From NCBI GenBank assembly GCA_013239625.1, contig MU053304.1:186001-250000 (forward strand): a DNA stretch of 64,000 bases, given 5' to 3'. The notes beneath the pieces are model-generated. The model saw only the letters and a program-made list of their open reading frames with translations, had not been told where the DNA came from and searched no databases. Origin of the DNA: Lama guanicoe (taxonomy: Eukaryota). Both the position numbers and the translations under genes were made by a program. Below, in pieces: positions 51,521 to 64,000 of the stretch (position 1 is the first letter of the stretch; each line of letters opens with the position of its first letter).

Positions 51521-52419
51521 AAGGACAAAGTTGAAGTCTCCTTAGAAATGCTCAAAGTGGGGTTCTTTTTAAAACAATTATTTGTATTTTTATTCATAGA
51601 GAAGCCTACAGTTTCCAACTGTTTCCATGAATCAAAGATCATTCTCCTTTTAGAATCCTAACTTTTGATATGGAATCAAAGCAAGAATGTAACATCATTC
51701 AGAAAAGAGAACAACCTTAAAAGTTTAAATAACATGCTCAAGGATGCAAAGCACATGTTAAAGTTTATTTGCATCTGATTACTTTTACATGTATAGAGAC
51801 TTAGCTTATCTGACCTCAGATTCCTTCACATCACATTATCTGCAGCAAAATGAATTTCACATCCTTGAGACACAAATCCTGGATCTCACAGAAAATAAGC
51901 TCAATTTTTAGACCATTTCAGAAAACCAGACAATTTACAATAAAAAATTTTCAGAGCAAGGGATATTCAGGACATTAATATAAAGGCCACAATCCCAGAG
52001 CCTAAGGATACTCCATACAGCCAATTTATAGTAAGAAGATTAACCACAATTATCTGAAAAGTCAGCCAACACTCAAACTACCACACTTATGTACTGATAA
52101 TAAAAACTGAAACCACGTTTGATTAGTGGTTGCTGGCACACTATAAACTCTGCACCTATTGTTAGATTTTTAAAACAGATTTAAGGTATGATCAACTCTA
52201 AAAAAACTGACTTGTATCTGCAACAATCCTTTCCTTCTTCCCACCTCAAACCACAGAGAGAGTGATCCAGCTTTGAATACGATTTCTTGCCTATAGGGCT
52301 TTGCTCATTGGGTAGTAACTTCTCTCCCATTATTTCATTGCCCCTTCTCTCTCCATAATAAACCTTTCTCATATTACTACACAAATGTTCTCTATCACTT
52401 CCCATCTTTGAAAACATTC

Positions 52420-53585
52420 TTATAAAACTGGATTAGCTATATTAATATCAAACAAAGTTGAATTCAAGACAAAAAAGCATTACCAGGTCAAAGAGAATCA
52501 TTTCATGTTAATAAAAGTCAATGCATTAGCAAGATATAAAGATTACAGATGTACATGCAGCTAACAAAAAAGCTTCAAACTAGATGAAGCCAAAGTTGAC
52601 AAAAGTAAAGGGAAAAAGTAAACAAATCCCCAATCATAGATATTTATCAAGTAAGCAGTAAAAAAAAAAACTAGACAAAAAAACCTAGTAAGAACACAGA
52701 CGATATGAAATATATATATATCCATATCATATAAAGTCTTACAATTCATTAATATAAATACAAACCAGTTGAAAAGTGAGTAAAAGACTTGCATAGACAC
52801 CTCAGAAAAGACTAAATATATATGGATGGTCAATGAGCACACACACACACAAATGCTCAGCATCGTTTTGTCATCAGGAAAATGCAAAACAGAAGATAAT
52901 AAACAACTAAAACCAAAAGTAAATATTACTATATGCCCCCCAGAATGGTTAAAATAATAATATTATACCCTGCTGAGGATGTGGAGAAAATGAATGTCTC
53001 ATACATTTTTAATGGGAGTGAAAAACGGTACAATTACTTTGAAAAACAGCTTCATGGTTTTTTACAAAGACAAACATACGTTTACCATATGATCCACCAT
53101 TTCCACTTTTAGATATTTAACCAAGAGAAATAAAAACATATGTTCATACAAAGACATAGCAAAATTCATAGCGGTTCTATTCTTAATGGTTAAAAGCTGA
53201 AAATAACCCAAATATCTTTCAGCTGGTGGCTGGATAGACAAACTTTGGAAAATCAATACAATGGAATTCTATTCAGCAACAGTAAACAACATGGATGAAC
53301 CTCAAATGCACTATGCTAATAGAAAAAGGCCAGACCCAAAATAATTCCATTTATATGACTTCCTGGAAAAGGCAAATCCATAGGGACATAAAACAGATTG
53401 GTGGTTGGCAGGGGCTGTGGGGTTAGGGGAAGTGTTGACTAAAAAGGGACACAAGGGAATTTGTGGATAGGATGAAACCATTTTCTATCTTGACTGTGGT
53501 AGTAGTTACATAAGTCTACATATGTTTTAAAATTCATAGAATTCGATGCTAAAGGGGGTGAATTTTACTATATGTAAATATGGGA
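52420..53585 (+). mobile_element. L1M fragments (endonuclease-region remnant 52420-52710; L1MC/ME 3' end 52730-53585)
   Basis: gctatattaatatcaaacaaagttgaattcaagacaaaaa; accatatgatccaccatttccactttt...catggatgaacctcaaatgca. Confidence 0.8.
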
Positions 53586-54479
53586 ATGAAATTAATCTCT
53601 TTTGTACCCAAGCCAAACAAGCTTAGCATCTATATACGGAGGAAAGCAAAAACTCAATTAAAATATCTGAAAGTATGAGCCAAAGTCATCAACTGAAAAA
53701 TGCCAAATACTTTTCATTCTGACAAAATTCAAAATCCAATAAGCATTTATTAAAATCTTATAATGTGCAACGCATCTATTAGGCATTAAATCTTACAATG
53801 AGGTGACCCTTAATAGTTAACAAAATACTTTCAAAAATATCATAAGTAGTTTTGGCCTACTGACACCCAGAAATAAGTAGGACCCACAAAGCACATTCCC
53901 AAATATCTTTAAGCAGAAGTAAATATCTTTGAATGGTAGAGGCTCCAACAAAAAGAATGACTGCTTCCTGCTGAGATGACCAAGGAAGGGCTTAGGATGG
54001 TGGTAAGAGCATGAGTCAAGAGGATGGATACTGGTGAAAAAGATGATATAGAAAAAGTCCAGGAAGCAGGCATGTTTGCAGGACAACAAGTAGACAGGTA
54101 CAGCAGAGCTGAAAGCTTACGAAGACAGACAGACAGACACACACACACACACACACCACAAAGGAAGACTAAGCTCTTCCTTGACAAAGAGAGCTCTGAA
54201 TGTCATCCAAAGTACCTTAAAATGCACATGCATGCACACACACACTGTTTTATTTCTTTTCTTTTTTCTCAACCTGATGCTTAAAAGAAAGAAAGACAGC
54301 CATCAAGATAGGTATCAAGATAGAAGTAATACTCTAAACACAAGTAGAGCTGAGGATCTTGTACACCAAGTGACACTGATCAACTGGCTATAGGAGTCTA
54401 TGTAGAAAAGATAGAACTCCCAACTTTAAAAAGAACCCAAGCTCAGAAATAATAAGGTACAATGATGGAAAAATCACAA

Positions 54480-54750
54480 TCTTAGTGAGGAGGTAGCAGC
54501 CGCAGAGATTGAAGCCTGAGCCAGAGAGGTGACCTAGTGGAATAGCAGGCCCGCAATGTCAGCATATTGGTTACAAAGAGGGATGCGCAAAATAAGTAAA
54601 TATGTGGACAATAAGAGCCAGGTTTCTCACCATTAGAGAAGGGAGTTACAAATATGGAAAAGGAGAAACTATAAGAAACCCTGTGGTATTGCACTGGAAC
54701 TGGAGCTTTCAGTGTAAACTGACAGTTTTCAAGATAGGTAGGTAGACCAG

Positions 54751-54786
<36 letters not shown>

Positions 54787-55075
54787 CATAGAGATATGAG
54801 CAAATACATATACATACATTTCTTAGCTCTCTTCATTAAAAGGCCTTGGGAATATCTGAATTTCTCCACTTAAAGGTACCAGGCAGGGCTTCTTGAGAAA
54901 ATGAGTAATTCCAGGGAAATTCACAGGGAAAGTACAAGATAAGGCTGGAACAGCTCCAGAAAATAGTGTTCAAAGAATGATAAGAACATGTCAAAAAAAA
55001 CACAGGCGCCATCTTAGGGGGCTTCCACTGGCCAAATCTGGGGCAATGGAACAAAATAACGATAGTAACAGATTA
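54480..55075 (+). mobile_element. L1MC/MD 3' end fragment containing a (CAGG)9 microsatellite at 54751-54788
   Basis: ccaggtttctcacc...gaagggagttacaaatatggaaaagg...aagtacaagat...ccactggccaaatctggg. Confidence 0.75.
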
Positions 55076-57464
55076 CTCCTCTGGCATAATCTGCTCTTTC
55101 CCAAAAAGCATCTCTATACTAAACATACCCACTTTCAGGAATTGTAAATTCAAACACTTCCTCGATGGTATGGTAGTACCCTTCTCTCCCTTTTAAGATG
55201 CATGAGCACCTGTCTCTCCCCTATAACAAGCCACCTAAAACTGGACCAGGCAAGGACAGAGAAGTGGCCTTTCATCAGAGATGACTCCAGAGAAAGCAAC
55301 ATGACTCAATCTCTGAAGCCAAAGCAGGCTTTCTTCTACCTCAGCACATTCAGAGCTGGAGGACCCAACAGGTAGACAAGACAACCCTAAGAATCTAAAG
55401 CAAATTTCCTAAGAGCTCTGAGTGAACACTGACCTGATTTTTAGAATAATTTGTCTAAGAAAGTTGTTTTCTTTAAGAGCAAAAACTACAGGGTTTTTTC
55501 TTGTTGATTTTGCTGTTTTTACCCTGTTTGACCCAAAGCATGGTATAGCATCATTACTTTAGACAGTAAGGCAGGGAAAGTTTTTCACAAGTGAGGTGGT
55601 TCCTTATCCACCACGGAGACTACATTTCTGAACAATTATATATCATCCAATATCATTTCCAATTCATATTTCACATATAGTCAAGTTTCATTTCAAACTG
55701 ATAAGACCTCAAATGTTCCCATGGGCTCTATGCACAAGAACTGTACTTCCAAGGTTCAGAAGCTGACACTCTTTTGAGACCAGTCTGGCCACCACATATA
55801 AAATTATCCCTGAGGAAATCTGCTTATGAGATTTAATTTTGAGGAAGAAGTAGAAAAGAATAAAAAAAGAAACCTGGCCACAGGCTGTAAACTGCAGTGG
55901 AATTGTATGTGCACACATTTTCATAATACTATAAGAGCAAGGAGCTTATTTACATTGTGGTTGATCTTTTCAAGCTAATACCTACCCAAAACTTTGGGAA
56001 GAATTAACAAGAGGATCTCCAGCTTCACTGGGTACGTCTCAGTCATGTAAGAAATATGTCTTGACTTTCCCATTAGCACTTCCTTCCTTGCTTTGCAGAA
56101 AGCTAAGCTCAGGTACCAAACAGAAAGCTATTTTTTAAAAAGTGGGGCCCAAAAGAATTTCCGTGGGGTTACACAGTCACTGAGAAGGCCCAAATACTAC
56201 TTTCAAAATCAGTTGCTAAAATCTGGTTTTAAAAGAATTATTCTCAAGTCATCTAGATTGGGGCTTATGCTGGATTTGGGGGTGCTATTATTTCTGATAC
56301 TTAAGTCAATGGTGAGTTTCTGCTGGTAGAGTAACATTTTCTTAACCAAAATTTTCTGAAAGTACAAGGCTAGAAACATAATTTTCATACTGTTTTATTT
56401 GAATCATTTTAAAAGCTGTCATCTTTCCCCTACTTTGATAGAACCATTAAAAATGAGTTCAATGTAAGCTGGTACTGCCGTATAACCTCACAGTTTATTG
56501 CCACTGCAAAAATTCTTCTGAAAATTATCCTGGGCAGAGATTTTTGTATACAAAGTATCAGCCAAGAACAAATTTTTATGGCTGACTTCTAAACCCTTTA
56601 AAATTGCATTTTATAATGGAAATACTGAGAGATGCATTACCCTTGAAATTTTAATATTTCTAGCTTTTCCAAATTACAGTACTATGAACTCTGGATCAGA
56701 GATGTAAAAAAGAGAAAGCCGTAAGTTATAAAGCTATTTTCAAAAATAGGAACAAATAAAAATATTTCATGGATCAACATGTTTACATGCATTTGCTTGC
56801 CATACCAAATACATTTAATTTCCAAATGCTTTCTTAAACCACTTAGTATTTCAATCTGTGGACATTTTACCCCAAAGATTCTTTGTGATCAATGATTGAC
56901 TTCAACCTGTCTTTACACTCATTCACCCATACAAAGAGAGAGTCCAGTTCCTGTTTCCACACACTCGGGAAAAGCAGGGGCAGTATCTAAGTTCATACTA
57001 ATTCAAGGAAGAGGAAAGTTGTAAACCAGCATGACTCTTAGAAAACTTGGAACAGTAGGAAGCCATTTCTGAGAAGTAGATACTCAAAACAAAGAAAATC
57101 TGTGACAAGGACATCCCAAGGCACAGCATAAACACAGGCATAGTAGACATCTGTGGCTGAATGAATATCTCCCCTGCACCTCCCTAATATCTTCATATCA
57201 GCTTATACCTCTAATTAGAACCCGAAAAAGTTACCACCTACTCTCAATATCCGCCATCCCGACCCAAATTGCAGCCACAACATAACAACCAAATGATGTG
57301 CACTTATATCCTTGGGATTCCAGAAGGTTTGTGATAGGAAGAAATGGTCATAGAGTAGAGTCCTCAAGAACTAAGGTACTGGATTTGCTGTTCTATACTT
57401 AACTTGAAGCACGTCACACCACTCCTAACCTGAAACATGTCCCAGTTTTATCACCTTCAAAATA

Positions 57465-57797
57465 AAGAAGTTAAAAAGAGACAGATACAGATAAGAAACT
57501 AGTGGTTACCAGTGGGGAAAGAGAAAGGGGGAAAGGCAAGGTTGGGAGATTAGGACACAAACTACTAGGTATAAAATAAATAAGTTACAAGAATATATTG
57601 TACAATACAGGGGATATAGCTAGCATTTTATAATAATTATAAATAGGATATAATCTTTAAAAATTGTGAAGAAAATATTTGCAAATCATATATCTGATGC
57701 TTCCCTTGATTGATATCCAAAATATATAAAGAACTCATATAACTCAACAGCAAAAAAAAATCCAATTTAAAAATAGGATCTGAATAGAATTTTTCCA
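57465..57797 (+). mobile_element. Two fused L1 pieces (3' UTR followed by an ORF2 C-terminal piece)
   Basis: gaaactagtggttaccagtgggga...atctttaaaaattgtgaa joined to gaaaatatttgcaaatcatatatctga... Confidence 0.75.
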
Positions 57798-57819
57798 TGC
57801 AACTACAGAACTCATGACA

Positions 57820-58122
57820 GCGTACATCTTTAAGGCCAGCAAAAGAATATCTCTGACCTCTAGACCTTCTTTTAAAGGGCTCACTTGATAAGGTCAGGCT
57901 CATAAGGAAAAATATCCCTTTGATTAATTCAAAACCAACTGATTAGGGACTTCAATAACATCTGCAAAATCCCTTTACCTTTACCAAATAATGTGACTTA
58001 CTTATGGAAATAATATCCCATCATATTCACAGGTCCCACTCACACTTAACAGGAGAGGATCATATGTGGTATGTATATCAGAGGAGGGGGCTCTTGAGAG
58101 CCATCTTAGAATTCTGCCTACC
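57820..58122 (-). mobile_element. MLT1E-like MaLR LTR fragment
   Basis: Ends gccatcttagaattctgcctacca, the reverse complement of the MLT1 start tggtaggcagaattctaagatggc. Confidence 0.75.
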
Positions 58123-58269
58123 AGAACCAACACCCTGGAAACCACTTTCTTGCCCCTTCCAGCTACTACTACTTCAAGAATAAACACCCTGACAAAACCA
58201 TAAAATAGTTTCACATGCTTATACGAATAATAAAAATATTCTTTTGTGTTTAGGCTCAAAGTTTGTGAG

Positions 58270-58945
58270 TTTCATAGTTAATTGGTGCACATAGCTGTAG
58301 TCCATCCATTCTTACTGCTATATAATAACCTACTGCATACATGTACAGCCATGTATTCAACGATGCTACTACTGATGAAGATTTGGGTGGCTTCCATTTG
58401 GGACTAATTTACATAATGTTACTTTGATGATTCATGAACATGTTTTTTGGTGCACAAATATACTCTGTTGCACATATACCTAGGAATGGAACTTCTGGAT
58501 CATAGGGTATCTGCAGCTTTTAGCAGATGATACCAAGCAGTTCTTCAAAGTGGCTAGGCTGACTGACATTCCCACTGGCAGTGTAGGAGAGTTCCAGTTA
58601 CTTTACACCTCACCAACTTTTAGTGTTTACTGTCTGCCCTTTTTGATTTAGCACTTTAGGTAGGTTATCAAGGAAATGCATCATGGTTCTCACTTACACT
58701 TCACTGATAACTGATGAAGCCGAGAATCTTTTCATAAATCTATTGGCCATTTAGATATTCTTTTTTTGGTGAAGGGTTTAAGTCCTTTGCCCATTTTTCC
58801 ATTTCTTATCTGTTTTTTTCAATGATTTGTGAAAATTCTTTATAAACTTTAGACCATATGAACCCTTTGTTGGATAGATGTGTTGCACATATTTTCTCCT
58901 ACTGTGGAGATTAACTGTCCTTATGAAGTTTTTAATGGACAGAGC
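58270..58945 (-). mobile_element. Old L1M 3' fragment
   Basis: catatacctaggaatgga...cattcccactggcagtgtaggagagttccagtt...ttattggccatttagatattc. Confidence 0.75.
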
Positions 58946-59049
58946 TAAAATTGTGTGTGTATATTTACAGAGACTAATTGCTTTTGGGTCAGGAAAGTCT
59001 GAGGACAGTATATTTTAGTGATCTACATTACAAAAATTATTTTTGTTTA

Positions 59050-59600
59050 ACTTGGAATTACCATATGACCCAATACTTCTACTGGTAGGTATGTCCCAAG
59101 AGAACTGAAATCATGGGTTCACACAAAAATTTGTTCATGAGTGTTCATAGCAGGACTACTCACTATAGCCAAAAAGTGAAAACAACCCGAATGTCTAGCA
59201 ACTGATGGAAAGATAAACAAAACTTGGTATATTCTTACAGTGGTGTATTATTCAGCCATAAAAAGGAATGAAGTATTGATACATGCTACAATGTAGATGA
59301 ACCCTGAAAACATGGTCTAAATAAAGGAACCCAGACCAAAAAGGAGAAATATTGTATGATTCCATTTATATGAAATGCAGAATAGAAAAACCCATAGCAT
59401 TAGAAGGATAGGTTCTAAGGGGAAGGGGAATGGGGAGTAACTACTTAATGAGAACAGGGTTTCTTTCTGGGGTGATGAGAATGTTCTGGAATAAGACAGT
59501 GGTGATGAACATTGTGAATATATTAAAACCACTGAACTGCAACCTTTTAAGTGAATAAAATGTGAGTTTTATTTTATGTGAAATTTATCTAAATAAAAAA
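59050..59600 (+). mobile_element. L1MB 3' end
   Basis: gaattaccatatgaccca...attcagccataaaaaggaatgaagtattgatacatgctaca...tggggtgatgagaatgttctggaa. Confidence 0.85.
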
Positions 59601-60650
59601 ACTTTGGCAGATTGTGCATTCAGACTTTAAGCATTAAACATAAATAACTTCTAGTACACTTATTTCTAAAAAAAAAATTAATAATTTTTGGCGTAATATT
59701 TCTCTTACCAGAGTCAAGAAAATGTCAGATAAAACATAATCCTATTTTAAATAATAAATTATTGATGTGAGTGTCTTATTTATTAAAGAACAGTATATCC
59801 TTTAGATAAACTTAAAATATAGACATTTAAGCAATTTCAGACTGCTATTGTTTAAATTTACCTCTTCCAGTTCTTTACCTTTTAAGCTATAGTCTTCTTT
59901 TTCTTTTTAATCCCATCTGACGCAATAGCATGTGATATTACAATAGCATAAGAGGGCAGAAAGAAAAATAATAATGCTCAAGTTATTAGGAACTGTTTCA
60001 CAGAACTCTGGACTATTTCAAGATACAAAATTCTGTACATTAAAATAATTTTTCAATATTCTGTAAGTTTACTTTTCAAAAAGACTTTGTTTGATAACAT
60101 GCTGCGAGCTCCTAAAAGCAGAACTCAATTAGTGATTCAAGAAAAAAGAAAGCCTGCATCATAAAAACATTAAACACAAGAGAGGTAATTCTTCAGGGAA
60201 AAATGAGCAAAATTGGAGGCAAACAAGAAATAGCATGATCGTTTGAACTTACTATAAAATGATATCCTAAAAATGGGGGGAAGGAGGATTACAGAAAACT
60301 TGCTGGCATAAAAACAGTTCATGATATAGACTGAAATCTATCTTTTTTCCAAAAACTGGTATTTTTTTCCAATTACAACTATAGGAACAATCTCTCTATT
60401 CTTCATTTGCTACAGCTAATTGGGATAGTGGCGGGAGGTTGGGGCGAGTCCTGAGTCTAATTCTGCTAAAACAAGGAAATCATTACTTCAAAACTCTGAA
60501 GCCTCAACAAGTTAACACTGCACTCATGACTCTCCTCCAAGACGAGCTATAATAGCAGTGTCCTATATATGTTCCTCCTTTATCTATAGTGCCCAAGTAA
60601 TTTTTATTTTAAAAGAATAGAGGAGTCACCTAATTCCTTCATCATCTACA

Positions 60651-60790
60651 TCAGTGCTTCTCAAAATTAAATGTTCATACAAATCACATGGGAATCTTGT
60701 TAAAATGCAGATTTTCATTCAGTGATCTTGAGGGAGAGCCCGAGATTCTGCAATGTTGCTGGTACACAGACCATATTTTGAGTTGCAAGG
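60651..60790. mobile_element. MER5-like MITE fragment
   Basis: cagtgcttctcaaa...aatcacatgggaatcttgttaaaatgcagatt. Confidence 0.7.
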
Positions 60791-61284
60791 ACCCAGATTA
60801 CCCCAAAAGGAATACACAAGTACGTATTGAAGAGGACAGACAGAAGGCCCAAAAGCAATTTATCCAGCTGCCAAGGCTCAAACCTCCTCACTGTCAAAAG
60901 ATAACCAGATCTTATCTCAAAGTATCTGAGACTGTGGTGTTTACACACCAAAGAGTCTCCATCACAGTGTATCCCAAACCTCATTCCACCAATGATTCCA
61001 GGAAAAGAAATGACCATGCACCAAGGATTATGACAGTATCCAGCTCATTTTAGCATTCATGCAGCATCACCTGGGTCTTCAAGTCTACAACTGGCTTTTG
61101 CCAGTGCCCGATGAGAAGGAGCCCACAACAAGGCTGGCCAGGAGTTATCTCTGCCATTACTCTTCCTCTCACAGCCTCCACTCTAGCTAACAGGCAACTT
61201 TTAGGATTTAAAGCACGCTAGGCTCTCCTTTCCATCAAAAACTGCATTTACAGAAGCAGCTGGATTTTTAGCCTGTGAAGTTTT

Positions 61285-61412
61285 CCGGAACACAGCTGCT
61301 TTTGTGCTACAATGGCAGAGTTGAGAAATAATGACAGAACCACATGGCCCATAATGCCTCAAACATTTACTATCTGGTCTTTCACAGAAAAGGTTTGCCA
61401 ACTCCTACTCTA
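61285..61412. mobile_element. MER58-like MITE fragment
   Basis: gctacaatggcagagttgag...atttactatctggtctttcacagaaaaggtttgccaactcct. Confidence 0.7.
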
Positions 61413-61789
61413 GAAGGTGCTTGTGCTCCCCAAAACCGCCATAAGAATATCTTCCTTCTCCTGGCCCACTGTCCCCAGTGCATTTGCTCCTAAAACCTGA
61501 TCTGGCTTTCTTTGGAGCACCTCCCTGTTCCATCCTTGGTTCTGTGCTCTGCATTATCAATTCACTCTTACCAGCCAGTCCCAACTTCTTCTATCATTAA
61601 ATCTAGCTCATTCTCTGTACCCTGTTCTCAAATTCCAACTTTTGATCTATGTTGTGATTTTACTAACTAAATTTTAAATAATTTTGCATTATTTCAGAAC
61701 TCTTTCATAAAAATAGACTACTTGGGCAAGAATCTCCATCTCAAGTTCTGCCTCTAGGAAATTTGACTTAAGATACCACATTTAAATAA

Positions 61790-62840
61790 AGTTTCTCTCT
61801 TATCAAAACAATAGTAACCATCATCTTTGTGTCTCATCCTTGAATCACTATCCTTTCTCAGCCTCCTTCATGCACTCCTTCACTCACTGTGATTTGGTTT
61901 CTGCCTTTTCTACTCCACAAAACTGCTCTGATCAGTGTCACATATAGCTCCATATTAGCCAAATCTAACTTCTCAGTAAAATTCCTCACTGGGTCTATCA
62001 GCAACAGGGCACTGTTGACTGCCTCCTCCTCATTCAAATGCTCCCTTATCTTGGTTCCCTGTCTAAGCCTCCTTCCTCCTTGGCCACAACTTCTCAGTCT
62101 CCTGGACTAGATCCTCTTCCTCTGCATGCCCATTAAGTGCTGGTATTCCTGAGATGCCATCTTCAGTGGTCTCATCTCTCCATAAAATATCCCCAGGCAA
62201 TTTATTCAAGTGCCACTGAGGTCACCCAAATCTCACCCTCTAGCCAAGATCTCACTCCTGAACTTCAAATCGTAATATCAAACTGCCTCCTGGCTCTATA
62301 TACCTATGCATCTCCAGGCATCAAACTCAACATGTCCAAACAAATCTATCACCTGTCCCTGTTCCCCTTCCTATCTCAGCAAATGGTGCCATCACTCTCC
62401 CAGTTACCTGAACCTGAAATGTAGGAGTCATCCTAGCTTATTCCTTCTCCCTTCACTGCCTCCTACATCCAATCACTATGTTCTATCTTACTAAACGGTC
62501 TAAAATTCATCTCCTTACAATCCACACGACCACCATGACTTTTATCGCTGAGACTCTCTTAAATAACTTTCTTAAGAGTCTCTCACCAATTTTACCCCTT
62601 TCCTTTAAATCCTCCACCCTACCAACAAAATAATATTCTAATATGCAAATATGAATACATTGCCCCCTCCTCAAAATTCTTCAATGGCTCCCCAGTACCT
62701 ACAATGATAACAGCAGAACTGCTTTACACTGTATGAAGGCATTTCATTAATGACTCCCCTCACCTGTCATTTACCAGCCTGGCTTCATCTCCTACCAGTA
62801 TCTCTATCTTCCATTTTATGTTCCAAAATACTAAAATATC
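61790..62840 (+). mobile_element. L2 fragment
   Basis: actccacaaaactgctctgatc...atctccaggcatcaaactcaacatgtccaaa...ttcaatggctcccca. Confidence 0.75.
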
Positions 62841-62974
62841 TATAGTTTTCCAAATCTACCATGTTCCTCTTCCTAGTTGACTAAATTCATAAAACAGTTA
62901 TGAATATGCCCTAAATCATAGTTTCTATAAAACAAAAGATGTATCTATTGAAAAATATTTAATAAAAAGTGAAA

Positions 62975-63160
62975 AATTATAAGAGATACAAACTATTAGG
63001 TATAAAATAAGCTACAAGGATATGTTGTACAACACAGGGAATACGGCTAGTATTTTATAATAATTATAAATGGAGTATAATCTTTAAAAATTGTGAATGA
63101 CTATACTGTATACCTGTAATATATAACATTGTACAGCAACTACAATTTAAAAAAAAGAAA
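62975..63160 (+). mobile_element. Short L1 3' end (same subfamily as 57465-57670)
   Basis: caaactattaggtataaaataagctacaaggatat...ctttaaaaattgtgaa...caactacaatttaaaaaaaa. Confidence 0.8.
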
Positions 63161-63559
63161 AAATTAAAGATTCAACAATAGCAATAGCAAGCAACAATAT
63201 CAAAATACTGCTATGAATGTTAAACTCTTTATGGTTTATAAATATTACCAAATAAATGCCAATACATTTCCTTAAAACATAATTTCCTTGCTTTTCACTT
63301 ACAAAAACTACTTAATTTGAAGATCACCAAATATATTTTGTATCACACATTGTACTTTAAAGCAAGAATTACATAACTAAGGACGATCTTAAATACCATC
63401 TAGATCATTTTCAGGTATTTCTGAATTCTTTTTTCACTAGTGGGGATGAATCTGTAGTAAGTAATGTAGAAACTTGCACAATCTCGCTAATGGCCAGTGG
63501 CATACACTTTTCAGATGGCTAGTCCGGAATGCCATGTAAAATGAATCTAATTAATCTAG

Positions 63560-63900
63560 TGTGACAGTCATTAGTGCAGTTCACCAGCTGCTATCCTGCT
63601 ATCCCTACTTGCAGATACTTGGTAGAACTGCATTTCTTGGCCCTTTTGTGGTTGAATAAGACCAGCTGACTCATTCTGGCCAATGAGTAGTGAGCAGGAC
63701 TAATGGAGTCACTTCTGGACAAAGGGATTTTAAATGTGTCTCTACAGGGCTCTGTTTCCTTCTGCCACACACACAGAAAAGGGGACAAGTCCTGATGTCA
63801 GCTATTCCATTCAGCCTGGGCTCTGGAACATCACAAAGCCTTAGATAATCCTGATGGGCAAAGGATACAAGTAAGAAATAAACCATGTCATTCCACAGTA
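63560..63900 (+). mobile_element. MLT1-like LTR fragment
   Basis: gactcattctggccaatgag...gtcacttctgg...cattcagcctggg...gtaagaaataaacc. Confidence 0.6.
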
Positions 63901-64000
63901 TAACCCTGCCTACCATGCAACTATCCAGCAATTTAGACACCTCAAAGGAATGCATACCAAGACACGAGCAGTTTATGTCACTATTTCCTATCAACACTTC

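Larger units (their letters stand above)
1..64000 (-). other. DIS3L2: Internal part of the DIS3L2 gene (intron 5 to intron 8 by human numbering); no gene start or end in the window
   Basis: Three minus-strand exons translate to consecutive DIS3L2 peptides with matching phases (0/1, 1/0, 0/2). Introns are 6386-38122 (31,737 nt) and 2472-6284 (3,813 nt). Confidence 0.97.

Noticed and set aside
57228..57300. Possible mitochondrial insertion (C/A-rich, faint cytochrome b-like words)
   Set aside because: Similarity is limited to about 15-20 nt with gaps and no sustained reading frame; consistent with chance.
38358..64000. DIS3L2 exon 5 or earlier, or a nested gene
   Set aside because: I found no match to the expected peptides ([20 protein letters not shown]...) and the ORFs here are short and mostly repeat-derived. 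A small exon could have been missed by eye.

Overview
Mammalian genomic DNA, very likely camelid (a tRNA-Ala-derived Vic-1-type SINE and camelid-type L1 3' ends are present; no Alu, B1/B2, Bov-tA/BovB or PRE-1 recognised). The whole window lies inside DIS3L2 (3'-5' exoribonuclease for oligo-uridylated RNA), transcribed on the minus strand. Three coding exons are present with canonical AG/GT boundaries and compatible phases: 38123-38357 (235 nt), 6285-6385 (101 nt) and 2224-2471 (248 nt). By my recall of the human gene these are exons 6, 7 and 8. The rest is intron, rich in old repeats (L2, MIR, L1M, MLT1, MER21, hAT MERs) plus a few young insertions with target-site duplications. Apart from the exon 8 ORF and L1 remnants, the ORF track is noise. 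I see no convincing new multi-gene system. The best leads are post-transcriptional: (1) a weak exon 7 donor with an in-frame 15-aa read-through tail resembling a short human isoform; (2) a candidate in-frame 36-nt cassette exon; (3) inverted young L1 3'-UTR copies bracketing the exons; (4) a doubled L1 3' UTR under one TSD; and (5) a palindromic AP-1 cluster. Repeat family names and old-repeat boundaries come from visual recognition and are approximate.
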